Below, piece after piece: positions 40,386 to 50,042 of a stretch of DNA of 64,000 bases. Position 1 is the stretch's first letter. Each line of letters starts with the position of its first letter. A program made the translations under genes and the position numbers. The notes beneath the pieces are model-generated. The model was not told the DNA's origin and made no database searches. It worked only from the letters and a program-made list of their open reading frames with translations. The DNA is from an uncultured Pelagibacteraceae bacterium (GTDB lineage Bacteria; Pseudomonadota; Alphaproteobacteria; Pelagibacterales; Pelagibacteraceae): positions 60,250-124,249 of the forward strand of contig CACBFA010000001.1 of the NCBI GenBank assembly GCA_902538525.1, given 5' to 3'.

Positions 40386-41402
40386 TTATTTTTTATTTTC
40401 TTGTTTTTCAGAGTCAGACTTTTTAAATATATTTAATTTTTGTAACCACGCAAACATACCATTCTTGTTTTCTTTAGTATCTTTTTTCTTTTTTCCACCC
40501 CAACCAGATTTGTTTTGATTAGCTACTTTAGCACCCTTTTTTATAGGTCTTATTGTTAAATTTGGTCTGACTTTTTTTGTACCCTCAGCAACAACTTTGT
40601 CACCAACTTTTAGACCATTTAAAACTTCAACAAAACCAAGGTATCTATCACCGGTATCAATATTTGTTTTTAATACTTTATTTTTTTCGTCAACTTTATA
40701 GATAAATATATTATCACCTTCCACTATTGTACTGGTATCTGGGATACTTAAGCTTTCTCTTGTATCATATTTTATTGAAATTTCTAAAAATGAACCAGGC
40801 AAAATTTCACCAGATGTATTGTCCATTTTTATCCTTGTTGGTAATGATCTAGTATCCTCACTAATTCGACTAGCTAAAGAGTCAACTTGACCTTTATATG
40901 TTTTATCTTTGTATCCAGAAAATTTTATATCAACAGGTAAACCAACCTTAATAAATGGTACAAACATTTCAGGTATATCTACATCACAATAGATAATGCT
41001 GGTATTTTCGAGATTAACTAAGATTGAAGATTTTGAAACTTCGATGTCTTCTGAAAATTCTCTTTTTCCAATTGTTCCATCAAACTGAGCAGTAATTTTT
41101 CTATTTTTAAGTTCTGCAATTACATCACCTTTTTTTACTTTTTGATTAAAGTTGATAGGTTTAAGTATTTCATACTTTTCAATTTTATAGGATTGTGTTT
41201 TAAATGGTCTTGCTGTTCCGTATGTGCTTATTAAATTTTCAAAAACTCTATTTTTAGCTGCAGTAACAATTATTCCTGGAGGTGGTCTTTTACTAAATTT
41301 CTTCTTAAAATGATTTCCAATCATTGTTCTACCAACAATCACTGTAGCTATAATTAAAAAGAAAATTATTATTATGCTTGTAATTTTTGTTGATCTTTTC
41401 AT
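40386..41402 (-). CDS. RND periplasmic adaptor (MFP), apparently without alpha-helical hairpin
   Basis: N-terminal TM, lipoyl halves VKKGDVIAEL and ITAQFDGTIG, TRS, LPGSF, GL..GD.VV.EG; adjacent to RND. Confidence 0.9.
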   Translation of the reverse strand: MKRSTKITSIIIIFFLIIATVIVGRTMIGNHFKKKFSKRPPPGIIVTAAKNRVFENLISTYGTARPFKTQSYKIEKYEILKPINFNQKVKKGDVIAELKNRKITAQFDGTIGKREFSEDIEVSKSSILVNLENTSIIYCDVDIPEMFVPFIKVGLPVDIKFSGYKDKTYKGQVDSLASRISEDTRSLPTRIKMDNTSGEILPGSFLEISIKYDTRESLSIPDTSTIVEGDNIFIYKVDEKNKVLKTNIDTGDRYLGFVEVLNGLKVGDKVVAEGTKKVRPNLTIRPIKKGAKVANQNKSGWGGKKKKDTKENKNGMFAWLQKLNIFKKSDSEKQENKK

Positions 41403-41405
41403 ATT

Positions 41406-42218
41406 TTATATTTTACCATATTCAGCCCATGAACCATCATAAATGACTGGAAGATACTTATTATTTACTTGAGAATATGCAAGTGCCAAAACACATGCTG
41501 TGATCCCAGAACCGCACGAAAACACTACATTTACTGGGTCATTTAAAGATAAATCTTTAAAATTAGAAGAAATTTCAGATTTACTTTTAAAAGTAAAATC
41601 GTCATTGATAAGGGTTTTAAACGGTAAGCAAATTGAATTAGGTATTGAACCACTTCTTACATTTTTTCTTGGGTCTGGAGTTGTGCCATTAAAACGATCT
41701 TTGCTTCTCGCATCAACTAAATCAAATTTTTTTTTAATTATATTTTGGTCAATCTGATCTTTGCTCTTAACCATTCCATTATTTTCTCTTGCTTTATAGC
41801 TAGTTGTTTGAATAATTATATTATTAGCAGAAGTTATTCTTTTTTCTTTTTTCCATTTATTAAAACCTCCATCTAATACATGTACTTTCTTTTTATCATG
41901 GCCAAAGTAAATTAAATTAAACCATACTCTACAAGCACTTAAAACATCAGAATTATCATAAATCACAATTTCGTCTTCGTTAGATATGCCCATAGATGAT
42001 AGTATATTTTCCCACGAACTAATGTCCGTTAACATATGTGGTAAGTCGGTTGATTTATTACAATTTTCGTCGATATCAAAAAAAATTGCATTTGGTATAT
42101 GCTCTTTATTAAATTCTTCTTTACCACTTCTATTTGTTGCAGGCATATGCCAAGAGCCATCAACTATTTTTACATTTGAGATATTTTTTTCTAGCCACTC
42201 AGTTGATATAATTGACAT
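41406..42218 (-). CDS. sseA: 3-mercaptopyruvate sulfurtransferase (tandem rhodanese)
   Basis: HIPNAIFFD, LDGG..KW, DARS..RF.G, CGSGITAC, YDGSWAEY. Confidence 0.93.
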   Translation of the reverse strand: MSIISTEWLEKNISNVKIVDGSWHMPATNRSGKEEFNKEHIPNAIFFDIDENCNKSTDLPHMLTDISSWENILSSMGISNEDEIVIYDNSDVLSACRVWFNLIYFGHDKKKVHVLDGGFNKWKKEKRITSANNIIIQTTSYKARENNGMVKSKDQIDQNIIKKKFDLVDARSKDRFNGTTPDPRKNVRSGSIPNSICLPFKTLINDDFTFKSKSEISSNFKDLSLNDPVNVVFSCGSGITACVLALAYSQVNNKYLPVIYDGSWAEYGKI

Positions 42219-42664
42219 TAGAAACTTTTTTCCAAATATTTCTGATGATAATCTTCGGCTTTGCTATAATTTTTTGATTTTGATATTTTGGTAACGATTT
42301 TACCCTTAAATTTTTCATTAATTTCTTTCAATACTTTGTTAGCGATTTTATTTTGATTTTCATCATGAACAAATATTTCGCTTCTATACTGAGTACCTAC
42401 ATCTGGACCTTGCCGGTTTAAAGTAGTTGGATCATGAAATTCAAAAAAGTTTCTTATTATTTCCTCATAAGAAATTTTAGTATTGTCAAATTCAACTTTA
42501 ACTACTTCTGCATGATTGGTGTCACCATAACATACTTCTTTATAAGATGTCTTCTCAGTATTACCTCCACAATATCCAACCTCTGTATTTATTACTCCAT
42601 CTAACTTGCTAAATTTTATTTCGGGTCCCCAAAAACATCCAAGTGCTAAAGTTGCTATTTCCAT
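42218..42664 (-). CDS. msrA: Peptide methionine sulfoxide reductase A (compact)
   Basis: GCFWG, HAEVV, HDPT..NRQGPD.GTQYRS, AEDYHQKY. Confidence 0.96.
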   Translation of the reverse strand: MEIATLALGCFWGPEIKFSKLDGVINTEVGYCGGNTEKTSYKEVCYGDTNHAEVVKVEFDNTKISYEEIIRNFFEFHDPTTLNRQGPDVGTQYRSEIFVHDENQNKIANKVLKEINEKFKGKIVTKISKSKNYSKAEDYHQKYLEKSF

Positions 42665-42698
42665 TGCTAAAAATTTTAATTAATCTAAAGTTATTATC

Positions 42699-43580
42699 AT
42701 GCTTTCCAAAAATCAATTAGGCTTTTTTTACATGTTTTTATCAATATGTGCCTTTTCATTTATGGATGTAATAGTCAAGTGGTCATCAGATTATCCAATT
42801 GGACAGGTAATGTTCTTTAGAGGTCTATTTGGTATTTTGCCAATAATTTTTTTAGTTCCTAAGACAAGATTTAGAGATTTTTACAAAACAAATAGACCAG
42901 GATTACATTTAATTAGATGTTGTTCAGGACTGATAGCTTTAGCTGCAATATTTTTGGCACTAAGAAACCTACCACTTGCAACAGTGACAAGTATTTCATT
43001 TGCTGCACCTATATTTACAACTTTGTTATCAATATTTTTACTAAGTGAGAAAGTAGGAGTATATAGATGGGCTGCAGTATTTGTTGGTTTTATTGGTGTT
43101 TTAGTAATTACCCAACCAGGATTTTCTAGCTTAAATATTTATTATTTATTTCCAATAATTTTTTGTATTGGAATGTCTTACGTTGCAATTACAATTAGAA
43201 AACTTTCATCCACAGAACCAGTCTGGTTGATCTCATTCTTTTTTTCTTTTGCAATTACAATTGTTGGAGTTTTATCAATACCATTCGGGTGGATCATGCC
43301 AACTTTCAATGATTTCTTACTATTATGTACAATTGGCTTGTTGGGAGGAACAGCTAATTTATTATTAAGTCAATCATATAAATTATCCGAGGTTTCTCTG
43401 GTTACACCTCTTAAATATTTAGGATTAATATTTGCAATATCTTTTGGATATTTTATTTGGGATGAAATTCCCACAATTAAAACATTGATGGGTGCTTCAC
43501 TGGTAATAATATCATCAATCATTATATTTCGAAGAGAAATATATTTAAATAAACAAGTAACGGTAAGCAGAAATGAGTAA
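42699..43580 (+). CDS. DMT/EamA-family transporter
   Basis: About 10 TMs; FFRG, APIF..LLS...LSEKVG..RW. Confidence 0.9.
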   Translation: MLSKNQLGFFYMFLSICAFSFMDVIVKWSSDYPIGQVMFFRGLFGILPIIFLVPKTRFRDFYKTNRPGLHLIRCCSGLIALAAIFLALRNLPLATVTSISFAAPIFTTLLSIFLLSEKVGVYRWAAVFVGFIGVLVITQPGFSSLNIYYLFPIIFCIGMSYVAITIRKLSSTEPVWLISFFFSFAITIVGVLSIPFGWIMPTFNDFLLLCTIGLLGGTANLLLSQSYKLSEVSLVTPLKYLGLIFAISFGYFIWDEIPTIKTLMGASLVIISSIIIFRREIYLNKQVTVSRNE

Positions 43581-44199
43581 GGCACCGACATATTGGAAAA
43601 AAGCTAGAATATATCTTTCAAAAAAAGATAGTATTATGAGATCATTGATTAAAAAATATAATGATAATAATTTAACTACTAGAAAAGATGTCTTTTATTC
43701 TTTATGCAAAAGTATAATAGGACAACAAATAAGTGTTGCTGCTGCAGACTCTGTCTTCAAAAAATTTGAATTGGCATGTAAAAAAAAAATTAATCCAAAA
43801 ACTGTTTCAAAGCTTAAAACATCACAACTTAAAAAGTGTGGTCTTAGTCGTCAAAAAATAAGGGGTATCTTGGAAATGTCTCAAAAATTTAAAGATAAAA
43901 GTTTTAATCCAAGATTAATTTCGAAAATGAGCGATGAAGAAGCAATTATATACCTATCAACTTTAAGACAAATTGGAAGATGGTCAGCAGAGATGATTTT
44001 GTTATTTACTTATAATAGGTCTAATATCTGGCCAGTTCAGGATATTGGCTTATTAAGAGCAATATCAAACAACTATAAAAAAAAATATTTTCCACCTGAA
44101 ATTTTTGTAAAAAAGCTTCAAAAAAGATTTTCTCCATACTGTTCTGTTGCCACTTGGTATTTGTGGCGTTCGATTGATGACGATACTATTCAGTATTAG
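43573..44199 (+). CDS. alkA: DNA-3-methyladenine glycosylase II (HhH-GPD)
   Basis: SIIGQQIS, GLSRQK, IGRWSAEM, WPVQDIG, PYCSVATWYLW. Confidence 0.88.
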   Translation: MSKAPTYWKKARIYLSKKDSIMRSLIKKYNDNNLTTRKDVFYSLCKSIIGQQISVAAADSVFKKFELACKKKINPKTVSKLKTSQLKKCGLSRQKIRGILEMSQKFKDKSFNPRLISKMSDEEAIIYLSTLRQIGRWSAEMILLFTYNRSNIWPVQDIGLLRAISNNYKKKYFPPEIFVKKLQKRFSPYCSVATWYLWRSIDDDTIQY

Positions 44200-44482
44200 C
44201 ACCCTCTACAATAAACATATGTCTTTTCGTAGTTTGTTCTGCATAAGACCAAGCTTTTAAATAATCTTCTGAGTCATGACAAGATATGGCCATGTCATAA
44301 CTGGGAAATTCCCAAATGACGGTCCTTAATATTTTGTCACCACTATAATATTTTAGTTTGCCTCCTCTAACTACAGGAGTACCACCAAATTTTTTTATAA
44401 CTGGTATTGCATTTTCACCATATTTTTTTAGGTTATCTTGGTTTGAAATCTCTGTATACAAACTCACCCAATATGCCTTCAT
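44186..44482 (-). CDS. DUF1330 protein (copy 2)
   Basis: MKAYW...KKY...FGG..VVRGG...EFPSYDMA..C.DSEDY...IVEG. Confidence 0.88.
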   Translation of the reverse strand: MKAYWVSLYTEISNQDNLKKYGENAIPVIKKFGGTPVVRGGKLKYYSGDKILRTVIWEFPSYDMAISCHDSEDYLKAWSYAEQTTKRHMFIVEGANTE

Positions 44483-44500
44483 ATCTGCCCCTTTTCTAAG

Positions 44501-44791
44501 TTATTCCATTCCTTCAAATATCATATGTTCTCTAATTACATTATCTTTAAGATATGTTCTTGCCTCAACATATTCCTCAGAATCGTAGCATTTTTTAGCA
44601 GTTTCCACGTCTGGGAACTCTGCAAGTGCTATTCTAACCATTTCTCTACCCTCAAGTGCAATGTTATTAGCACTTCGAGCTAAAATTTTTCCAGAATGTT
44701 TTAATACAGCTTCCTTTGCTTTATCTGCATATTTTTTCATTCTTTCAGGGTCTTTAATTTCACTGTAAGTTGCAATCCAGTAACCTTTCAT
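44501..44791 (-). CDS. DUF1330 protein (copy 1)
   Basis: MKGYW...KKY...HSGKILAR...EFPDVETA..CYDSEEY...IFEG; SD AGGAG. Confidence 0.88.
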   Translation of the reverse strand: MKGYWIATYSEIKDPERMKKYADKAKEAVLKHSGKILARSANNIALEGREMVRIALAEFPDVETAKKCYDSEEYVEARTYLKDNVIREHMIFEGME

Positions 44792-44818
44792 AATTCTCCT
44801 TTTTAATTTTTTTTTTTT

Positions 44819-45355
44819 ATGTTACCAAATTTTATGTCAGAAAAATTAATAATCAATTATGAAGATTATAAATTAGCAGTTGAAAAGTTGGCCCTTACAA
44901 TTGAAAAAAATTACAAACCATCTGTTTTAGTCGGAATAATGAGGGGTGCAGCACCTATAATTGATATGCTATCAAGAATATTTAAATTGCCCACTGCTTA
45001 TGTTGTTATTCAAAGTTATTCTGGAGAAACTGTAGAAAATAAACAGGGCGAACTTATTTTTGCAAGAGACATAAGCTCAATAGCTAAAAATGAAGACTTT
45101 AAAAATGTTTTATTAGTTGATGATTTATCCGATACTGGACTTACATTAAATGAAAGTATTAAATGGTTAAAAAATTATGCTCCAGTTAAAAACCATATTC
45201 AAGAAATAAAAACAGCTTGTCTTTGGAAAAAAAAATCTTCCTCTTTTACTCCAGATTTTTGTCCAATTTTACTAGACGGAGATCCTTGGATAGTTCAACC
45301 TTCAGAATATTACGATGAAATAGATATTAATGGCTTAAAGAAAAAACATTCATAA
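44819..45355 (+). CDS. Purine phosphoribosyltransferase (Gpt-like; start may be 44834)
   Basis: VGIMRG, PRPP loop LLVDDLSDTGLT, C-terminal WIVQP. Confidence 0.8.
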   Translation: MLPNFMSEKLIINYEDYKLAVEKLALTIEKNYKPSVLVGIMRGAAPIIDMLSRIFKLPTAYVVIQSYSGETVENKQGELIFARDISSIAKNEDFKNVLLVDDLSDTGLTLNESIKWLKNYAPVKNHIQEIKTACLWKKKSSSFTPDFCPILLDGDPWIVQPSEYYDEIDINGLKKKHS

Positions 45356-45386
45356 AAAAAGGCCAACTTATATAGCTGGCCTTTTT
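45356..45386. terminator. Bidirectional intrinsic terminator
   Basis: AAAAAGGCCA-N11-TGGCCTTTTT between the convergent PRTase and BMP genes. Confidence 0.8.
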
Positions 45387-45401
45387 AATTTTTTTTAAAA
45401 A

Positions 45402-46466
45402 TTATTTTGGAATATCTCCTTCAACACCTTTTACATAAACGCTCATTCCAGCTAACATTCCATCATCAGCAACTTTTCCTTCGGCAACTAATATATTACC
45501 TTTTTGGTCGTATATAGGACCTGTGAACGAATGAACTTTTCCTGATGCTAGATCTTTTTGAAGCTGCTCTACTTCTTTAACTAAGTCAGCGCCCATTGCA
45601 GAATTATATGGTCCCATAGCAACCATACCTTCCTTTAATCCATGCCATGTATCTTGTTGATTCCATGTGCCATCTCTTGCAGCAATTGCTCTTTCAACAT
45701 AATATGGTGCCCAATCATCTATAATTGAAGTCAAGATTGATTTAGGAGCAAATCTCTGCATGTCACTTGCTTGACCAAATGACCAAACACCTGCTTTCTC
45801 TGCTGTTTGAACAGGTGCTGTACTATCTGTATGTTGCATAATTACATCTGCACCTTGATCGATTAAAGCTTGCGCTGCTTCAGCTTCTTTACCTGGATCG
45901 TACCAAGTAAATACCCATACAATTTTTGTTTTAATATTTGGATTGACTTTTTGTGCAGCAAGAGTCATTGCGTTAATACCTCTTATTACTTCAGGAATTG
46001 GAAAAGATGCAATATAGCCAATCGTGTTAGTTTTGGTCATTTTTCCAGCAATATGGCCTAAAAGAGTTCTTCCTTCGTAAAATCTTGCAGAATAAGTAGA
46101 AACATTTGAGTGCTCTCTTTTATAACCTGTTGCGTGTTCAAATTTTACGTTTGGAAAATCTTTTGCAACTTTGTTAGTTGGATCCATATATCCAAAACTA
46201 GTTGTAAAAATTAAGTCGTGGCCAGATTGAGCCAGTTGTCTTATTACCCTCTCTGCATCAGCACCTTCTGGAACACTTTCAACAAATGTTGTTTTTATTC
46301 CAGCTGCCTCTACAGCGTTTCTACCTTCGTGATGTTGAAATGTCCATCCATGGTCACCAGTTGGGCCAACATAGACAAAACCAACTTTAAAATCCGCATT
46401 TGAGTTTACACTAAACCCAAGTAGAAAAATTGCAGAAATTAAATATCTAAAAAAGTTTTTATACAT
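45402..46466 (-). CDS. BMP-family ABC substrate-binding protein (purine/nucleoside)
   Basis: Signal peptide from MYKNFF (SD GAGGGG), VYVGP.GDHGW, TTSFGYMD, RFYEGR, PIPEVIRGIN, QHTDS. Confidence 0.92.
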   Translation of the reverse strand: MYKNFFRYLISAIFLLGFSVNSNADFKVGFVYVGPTGDHGWTFQHHEGRNAVEAAGIKTTFVESVPEGADAERVIRQLAQSGHDLIFTTSFGYMDPTNKVAKDFPNVKFEHATGYKREHSNVSTYSARFYEGRTLLGHIAGKMTKTNTIGYIASFPIPEVIRGINAMTLAAQKVNPNIKTKIVWVFTWYDPGKEAEAAQALIDQGADVIMQHTDSTAPVQTAEKAGVWSFGQASDMQRFAPKSILTSIIDDWAPYYVERAIAARDGTWNQQDTWHGLKEGMVAMGPYNSAMGADLVKEVEQLQKDLASGKVHSFTGPIYDQKGNILVAEGKVADDGMLAGMSVYVKGVEGDIPK

Positions 46467-46554
46467 TTTGAATTTCCCCTCTAAATTTTTTTTGTGAAGC
46501 TTTAAGTTAATCAAAATTCAAAAAAAAAAAATAATTATTTTCGAATAGCTAACA

Positions 46555-47487
46555 TTACTTTTCCTTATAGAATATTCTTCCTAAGGAAGTTGGTGTATTC
46601 AGTTTTATTTTTCTACTGTCACGAGAGATTACAACTAAAACTATTATTGTCATCAGATAAGGTAATGCACTTAAAAATTGAACTGGTATTCTAAACCCAA
46701 TTGCTTGCATATGTAATTGTAGAATTGTAATCCCACCAAAAATTAAAGCACCAATTAAAACTTTTATAGGACTCCAGGTTGCAAATACAACTAAAGCCAA
46801 AGCTATCCATCCTCTTCCAGCTGTCATATTTTCAATCCACTGTGGAGTGTATATTAAAGATAGATATGCACCTGCTAAGCCACACATAGCTCCTCCATAA
46901 AGAATACAACAGTATCTAACTAGAATAACATTTATACCTTGATTAGATGCCGAAACAGGCGAATCACCAACAGCTCTAACAACTAAACCTAATTTAGTTT
47001 TTTTCAAAAAATAATTAGTTAAAAATGGTAAAGCAAATGCAAAATATAAAACTATAGAATGTCCAAATAATATTGGACCAAAAAACGGAATACTTTCTCT
47101 TAAACTTGAAAATAAAATTGGAAATTCTTTTCCAGGGATACCAACAAAATTTTTTCCTAACATTGCGGATAAACCAATGCCAAAAATAGTTAATGCCAAA
47201 CCTGTTGCAACATGATTTGTAAGAAGAGATTGTGTTAAAAATCCAAAGATTAATGAAATTATAACTCCTGATAACATAGAACCTACGATTGCTATAAATA
47301 GGTTGTCTGTTATTACCATTAAAGCAAAACCAGATATTGCTCCTATTATCATCATTCCTTCGACACCTAAATTTAAAACGCCCGATCTTTCAGTAATCAA
47401 TTCACCTGAAGCAGCAAGTATTAATGGCACTGATGAAGCCATTATCGATCCTATCAGAATTCCAATAAAACTAATGTCTAAGCTCAT
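46555..47487 (-). CDS. Nucleoside ABC transporter permease 2
   Basis: GELITERSGVLNLGVEGMM, RAVGD, AGRGWIALALV, PYL. Confidence 0.92.
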   Translation of the reverse strand: MSLDISFIGILIGSIMASSVPLILAASGELITERSGVLNLGVEGMMIIGAISGFALMVITDNLFIAIVGSMLSGVIISLIFGFLTQSLLTNHVATGLALTIFGIGLSAMLGKNFVGIPGKEFPILFSSLRESIPFFGPILFGHSIVLYFAFALPFLTNYFLKKTKLGLVVRAVGDSPVSASNQGINVILVRYCCILYGGAMCGLAGAYLSLIYTPQWIENMTAGRGWIALALVVFATWSPIKVLIGALIFGGITILQLHMQAIGFRIPVQFLSALPYLMTIIVLVVISRDSRKIKLNTPTSLGRIFYKEK

Positions 47488-48550
47488 TTTTTTTTAAACT
47501 TAAAATTTTAACTTTGAAAAAAAGCAAATAATCAGATGCGAGTAAAAAAAATAAGATCATACCCTGAAAGACTTGGCCGGTATATTTTGGTATTTGTAAA
47601 AAAATTTGAGCCGTTTCAGCACCGAGGTATGTCAATGCAACAACCAAAGATGCAAAAATTATGCCAAAAGGATTAAGACGACCTAAAAAAGCAACAATAA
47701 TTGCTGTAAAACCGTAATCGGGGGATATCATTCTATGCAGCTGTCCAATAGGTCCAGTAATTTCACCAACTCCAGCTAATCCCGCACAAGCACCACTAAT
47801 CATAAAAACAACTAAAATCATAGTTTTTCCTTTAAACCCAGCATACTTAGCAGTTTTTAAACTTAGACCAGATACTTTAATCTGAAAGCCTAAATAGGTT
47901 TTATAAAGAATAAACCAACTCAGCATAACTGCTGCGAGAGCTAAAAAAATACCAGCATGAATTCTCAAACCTTCAAATAATAATGGCATTCTAGATGAGT
48001 CACTAAATTGTCTTGTTTCAGGAAAATTAAAACCTTCAGGATTACTCCATGGCCCAACTACTAAGTAATCTAAGAGTAGCTTTGAAACGTAAACCAACAT
48101 AAGACTAACTAAAATCTCGTTTGTATTAAAATATGTTTTAAGGATTGCAGGGATAAGTGCAAAGATCATTCCCCCGATTGCTCCAGCAAGTATAACTAAA
48201 GGCAGTATATAAAAACCTTCTTGATTATAAAATAAAAGAGCAACTCCTCCTCCTACAATCGCACCAAACGTTAATTGTCCTTCTGCACCAATATTCCAAT
48301 TATTACTTTTAAAACAAAATGATAAACCAATAGCAATTAAGCAAAGAGGGGTTGCTTTGAGTAGCAATTCACTGAATCCATATAAATTTGAAATTGGAGT
48401 TATAAAGTAAAACTTAAGTGCTTCTATTGGATTAAAACCTAAAATATAAAAAATTATACCACCACCTAAAATTGTAAGTATGATTGCAATAAAAGGAGTA
48501 AAAAAATATAATGCCATTGGCACATCATTTCTTTTTTCAATTTTAATCAA
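47471..48550 (-). CDS. Nucleoside ABC transporter permease 1
   Basis: KATPL, WNIGAEGQ, NEILVSLML, GFTAIIVAFLGRLNP. Confidence 0.92.
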   Translation of the reverse strand: MIKIEKRNDVPMALYFFTPFIAIILTILGGGIIFYILGFNPIEALKFYFITPISNLYGFSELLLKATPLCLIAIGLSFCFKSNNWNIGAEGQLTFGAIVGGGVALLFYNQEGFYILPLVILAGAIGGMIFALIPAILKTYFNTNEILVSLMLVYVSKLLLDYLVVGPWSNPEGFNFPETRQFSDSSRMPLLFEGLRIHAGIFLALAAVMLSWFILYKTYLGFQIKVSGLSLKTAKYAGFKGKTMILVVFMISGACAGLAGVGEITGPIGQLHRMISPDYGFTAIIVAFLGRLNPFGIIFASLVVALTYLGAETAQIFLQIPKYTGQVFQGMILFFLLASDYLLFFKVKILSLKKNELRH

Positions 48551-50042
48551 TGGAACCTCCTCCCATTAGAACTCCTAATTTTTCTGGAGTGACTTCCTCT
48601 GAAGGCATTATTTTTGAGAGCTTGCCTTTGTAAATAACTGCAATTCTATCACTGAGTTTTAATAACTCCTCCGTATCTGTAGAAATTAAAATCGTTGATT
48701 TTTCTTGATCATTAATTTTTATAAGTGTTTCATGAATATAATTGATTGCACCCACATCGAGCCCCCATGTTGGATTGTAACAAATTAATAATTCTGGAGC
48801 TGTAATTAACTCTCTCCCTAAAATAAGTTTTTGTAAATTTCCACCCGATAGAAATTGACTTTTTAATTCAACATTGTCTGTATTTACCGAGAAGTCAGAT
48901 AATATTTTCTTTGAATGATCCTTAATTTTTCTTTCATTTACCAAACCTTTTTCAAAAAAATTTGATGACTTGAAATTATTTAAAGCTACATTTTCATATA
49001 TTTTTAATTCAGGTACAGCTGCTTGAGATATTCTATCTTCAGGAGAAAAAGCCATTAAATACTCTCGTCGTTGCTTTGGATTTAGTTTAGCAATTTCCTT
49101 ATTTCGAAAAATGATTGATGTATTAGGTGTAATTATTTCTCCACTCAAAATTTGAAAGAGTTCGTTTTGACCATTGCCAGAAATACCTGCTATACCTAAA
49201 CATTCTCCTTTCTTTACAGAAAAATTAAGATTAACTAAATTTGTTTCAAAAGGATCATCGCTATAAAAATTTAAATGTTTTACTTTAAATATCTCATCTT
49301 TATTTTTGGAAATATTAATTTTTTTCTTAATTTTCGCTAGTTTTTGACCAACCATCTTATTTGCGAGAGTTTCAACTTTTTCATTTTGTGTTTGGCTAAC
49401 AGATACGACCTTACCTTTTCGCATTACTGCAACTTCATCGCATAAAGACAAAACTTCTTTTAGTTTGTGAGTAATGTAAATAATTAATATTCCTTCATCA
49501 CAGAATTTTTTTAAAGATATAAATAATTCCTCTGTTTCTTGCTCAGTCAAAACAGATGTAGGCTCGTCCATGATTAGAACTTTTGGGCTTCTTAAAAGAC
49601 ATCTTATAATCTCAACTTTTTGCTTTTGTCCTGCTGATAAATTTAATACAGGAACATCAAGGTCAATACTAAAGTTATATTTTTTAAATATTTCGTTTAT
49701 TCTTACCCTTAAACTTTTGTTATCTTCAGTTGCATCTATACTTAAGTTTTCAAATACTGATAAAGTTTCAAATAAATTGAAATGCTGAAAAACCATTCCA
49801 ATTTTATTTTTTTTGGCATCGAGTGGAGAGCTTAATTTTAAATTTTTTTCATTTAAAAAAACCTCACCATTATCTGGGCTTATTACACCAGACAAAATTT
49901 TTACTAATGTAGATTTTCCAGCTCCGTTCTCTCCTAATAGCGCGTATATTTTTCCACTTTTAAATTGAAGAGATACATTATCATTAGCTATACATCCTGG
50001 ATATATTTTTGATATATTTGATATTCTTAAGTCTGTTGCCAT
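48543..50042 (-). CDS. CUT2-type ABC ATPase (two NBDs)
   Basis: GENGAGKST, LSAGQKQ, MDEPT, ITHKL, LSGGNLQK, PTWGLD. Confidence 0.94.
   Translation of the reverse strand: MATDLRISNISKIYPGCIANDNVSLQFKSGKIYALLGENGAGKSTLVKILSGVISPDNGEVFLNEKNLKLSSPLDAKKNKIGMVFQHFNLFETLSVFENLSIDATEDNKSLRVRINEIFKKYNFSIDLDVPVLNLSAGQKQKVEIIRCLLRSPKVLIMDEPTSVLTEQETEELFISLKKFCDEGILIIYITHKLKEVLSLCDEVAVMRKGKVVSVSQTQNEKVETLANKMVGQKLAKIKKKINISKNKDEIFKVKHLNFYSDDPFETNLVNLNFSVKKGECLGIAGISGNGQNELFQILSGEIITPNTSIIFRNKEIAKLNPKQRREYLMAFSPEDRISQAAVPELKIYENVALNNFKSSNFFEKGLVNERKIKDHSKKILSDFSVNTDNVELKSQFLSGGNLQKLILGRELITAPELLICYNPTWGLDVGAINYIHETLIKINDQEKSTILISTDTEELLKLSDRIAVIYKGKLSKIMPSEEVTPEKLGVLMGGGSID

Noticed and set aside
46467-46554. 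Purine or xanthine riboswitch before the binding-protein gene
   Set aside because: Almost pure A/T with no stable stems; the region 50043-50180 upstream of the ATPase also shows none.
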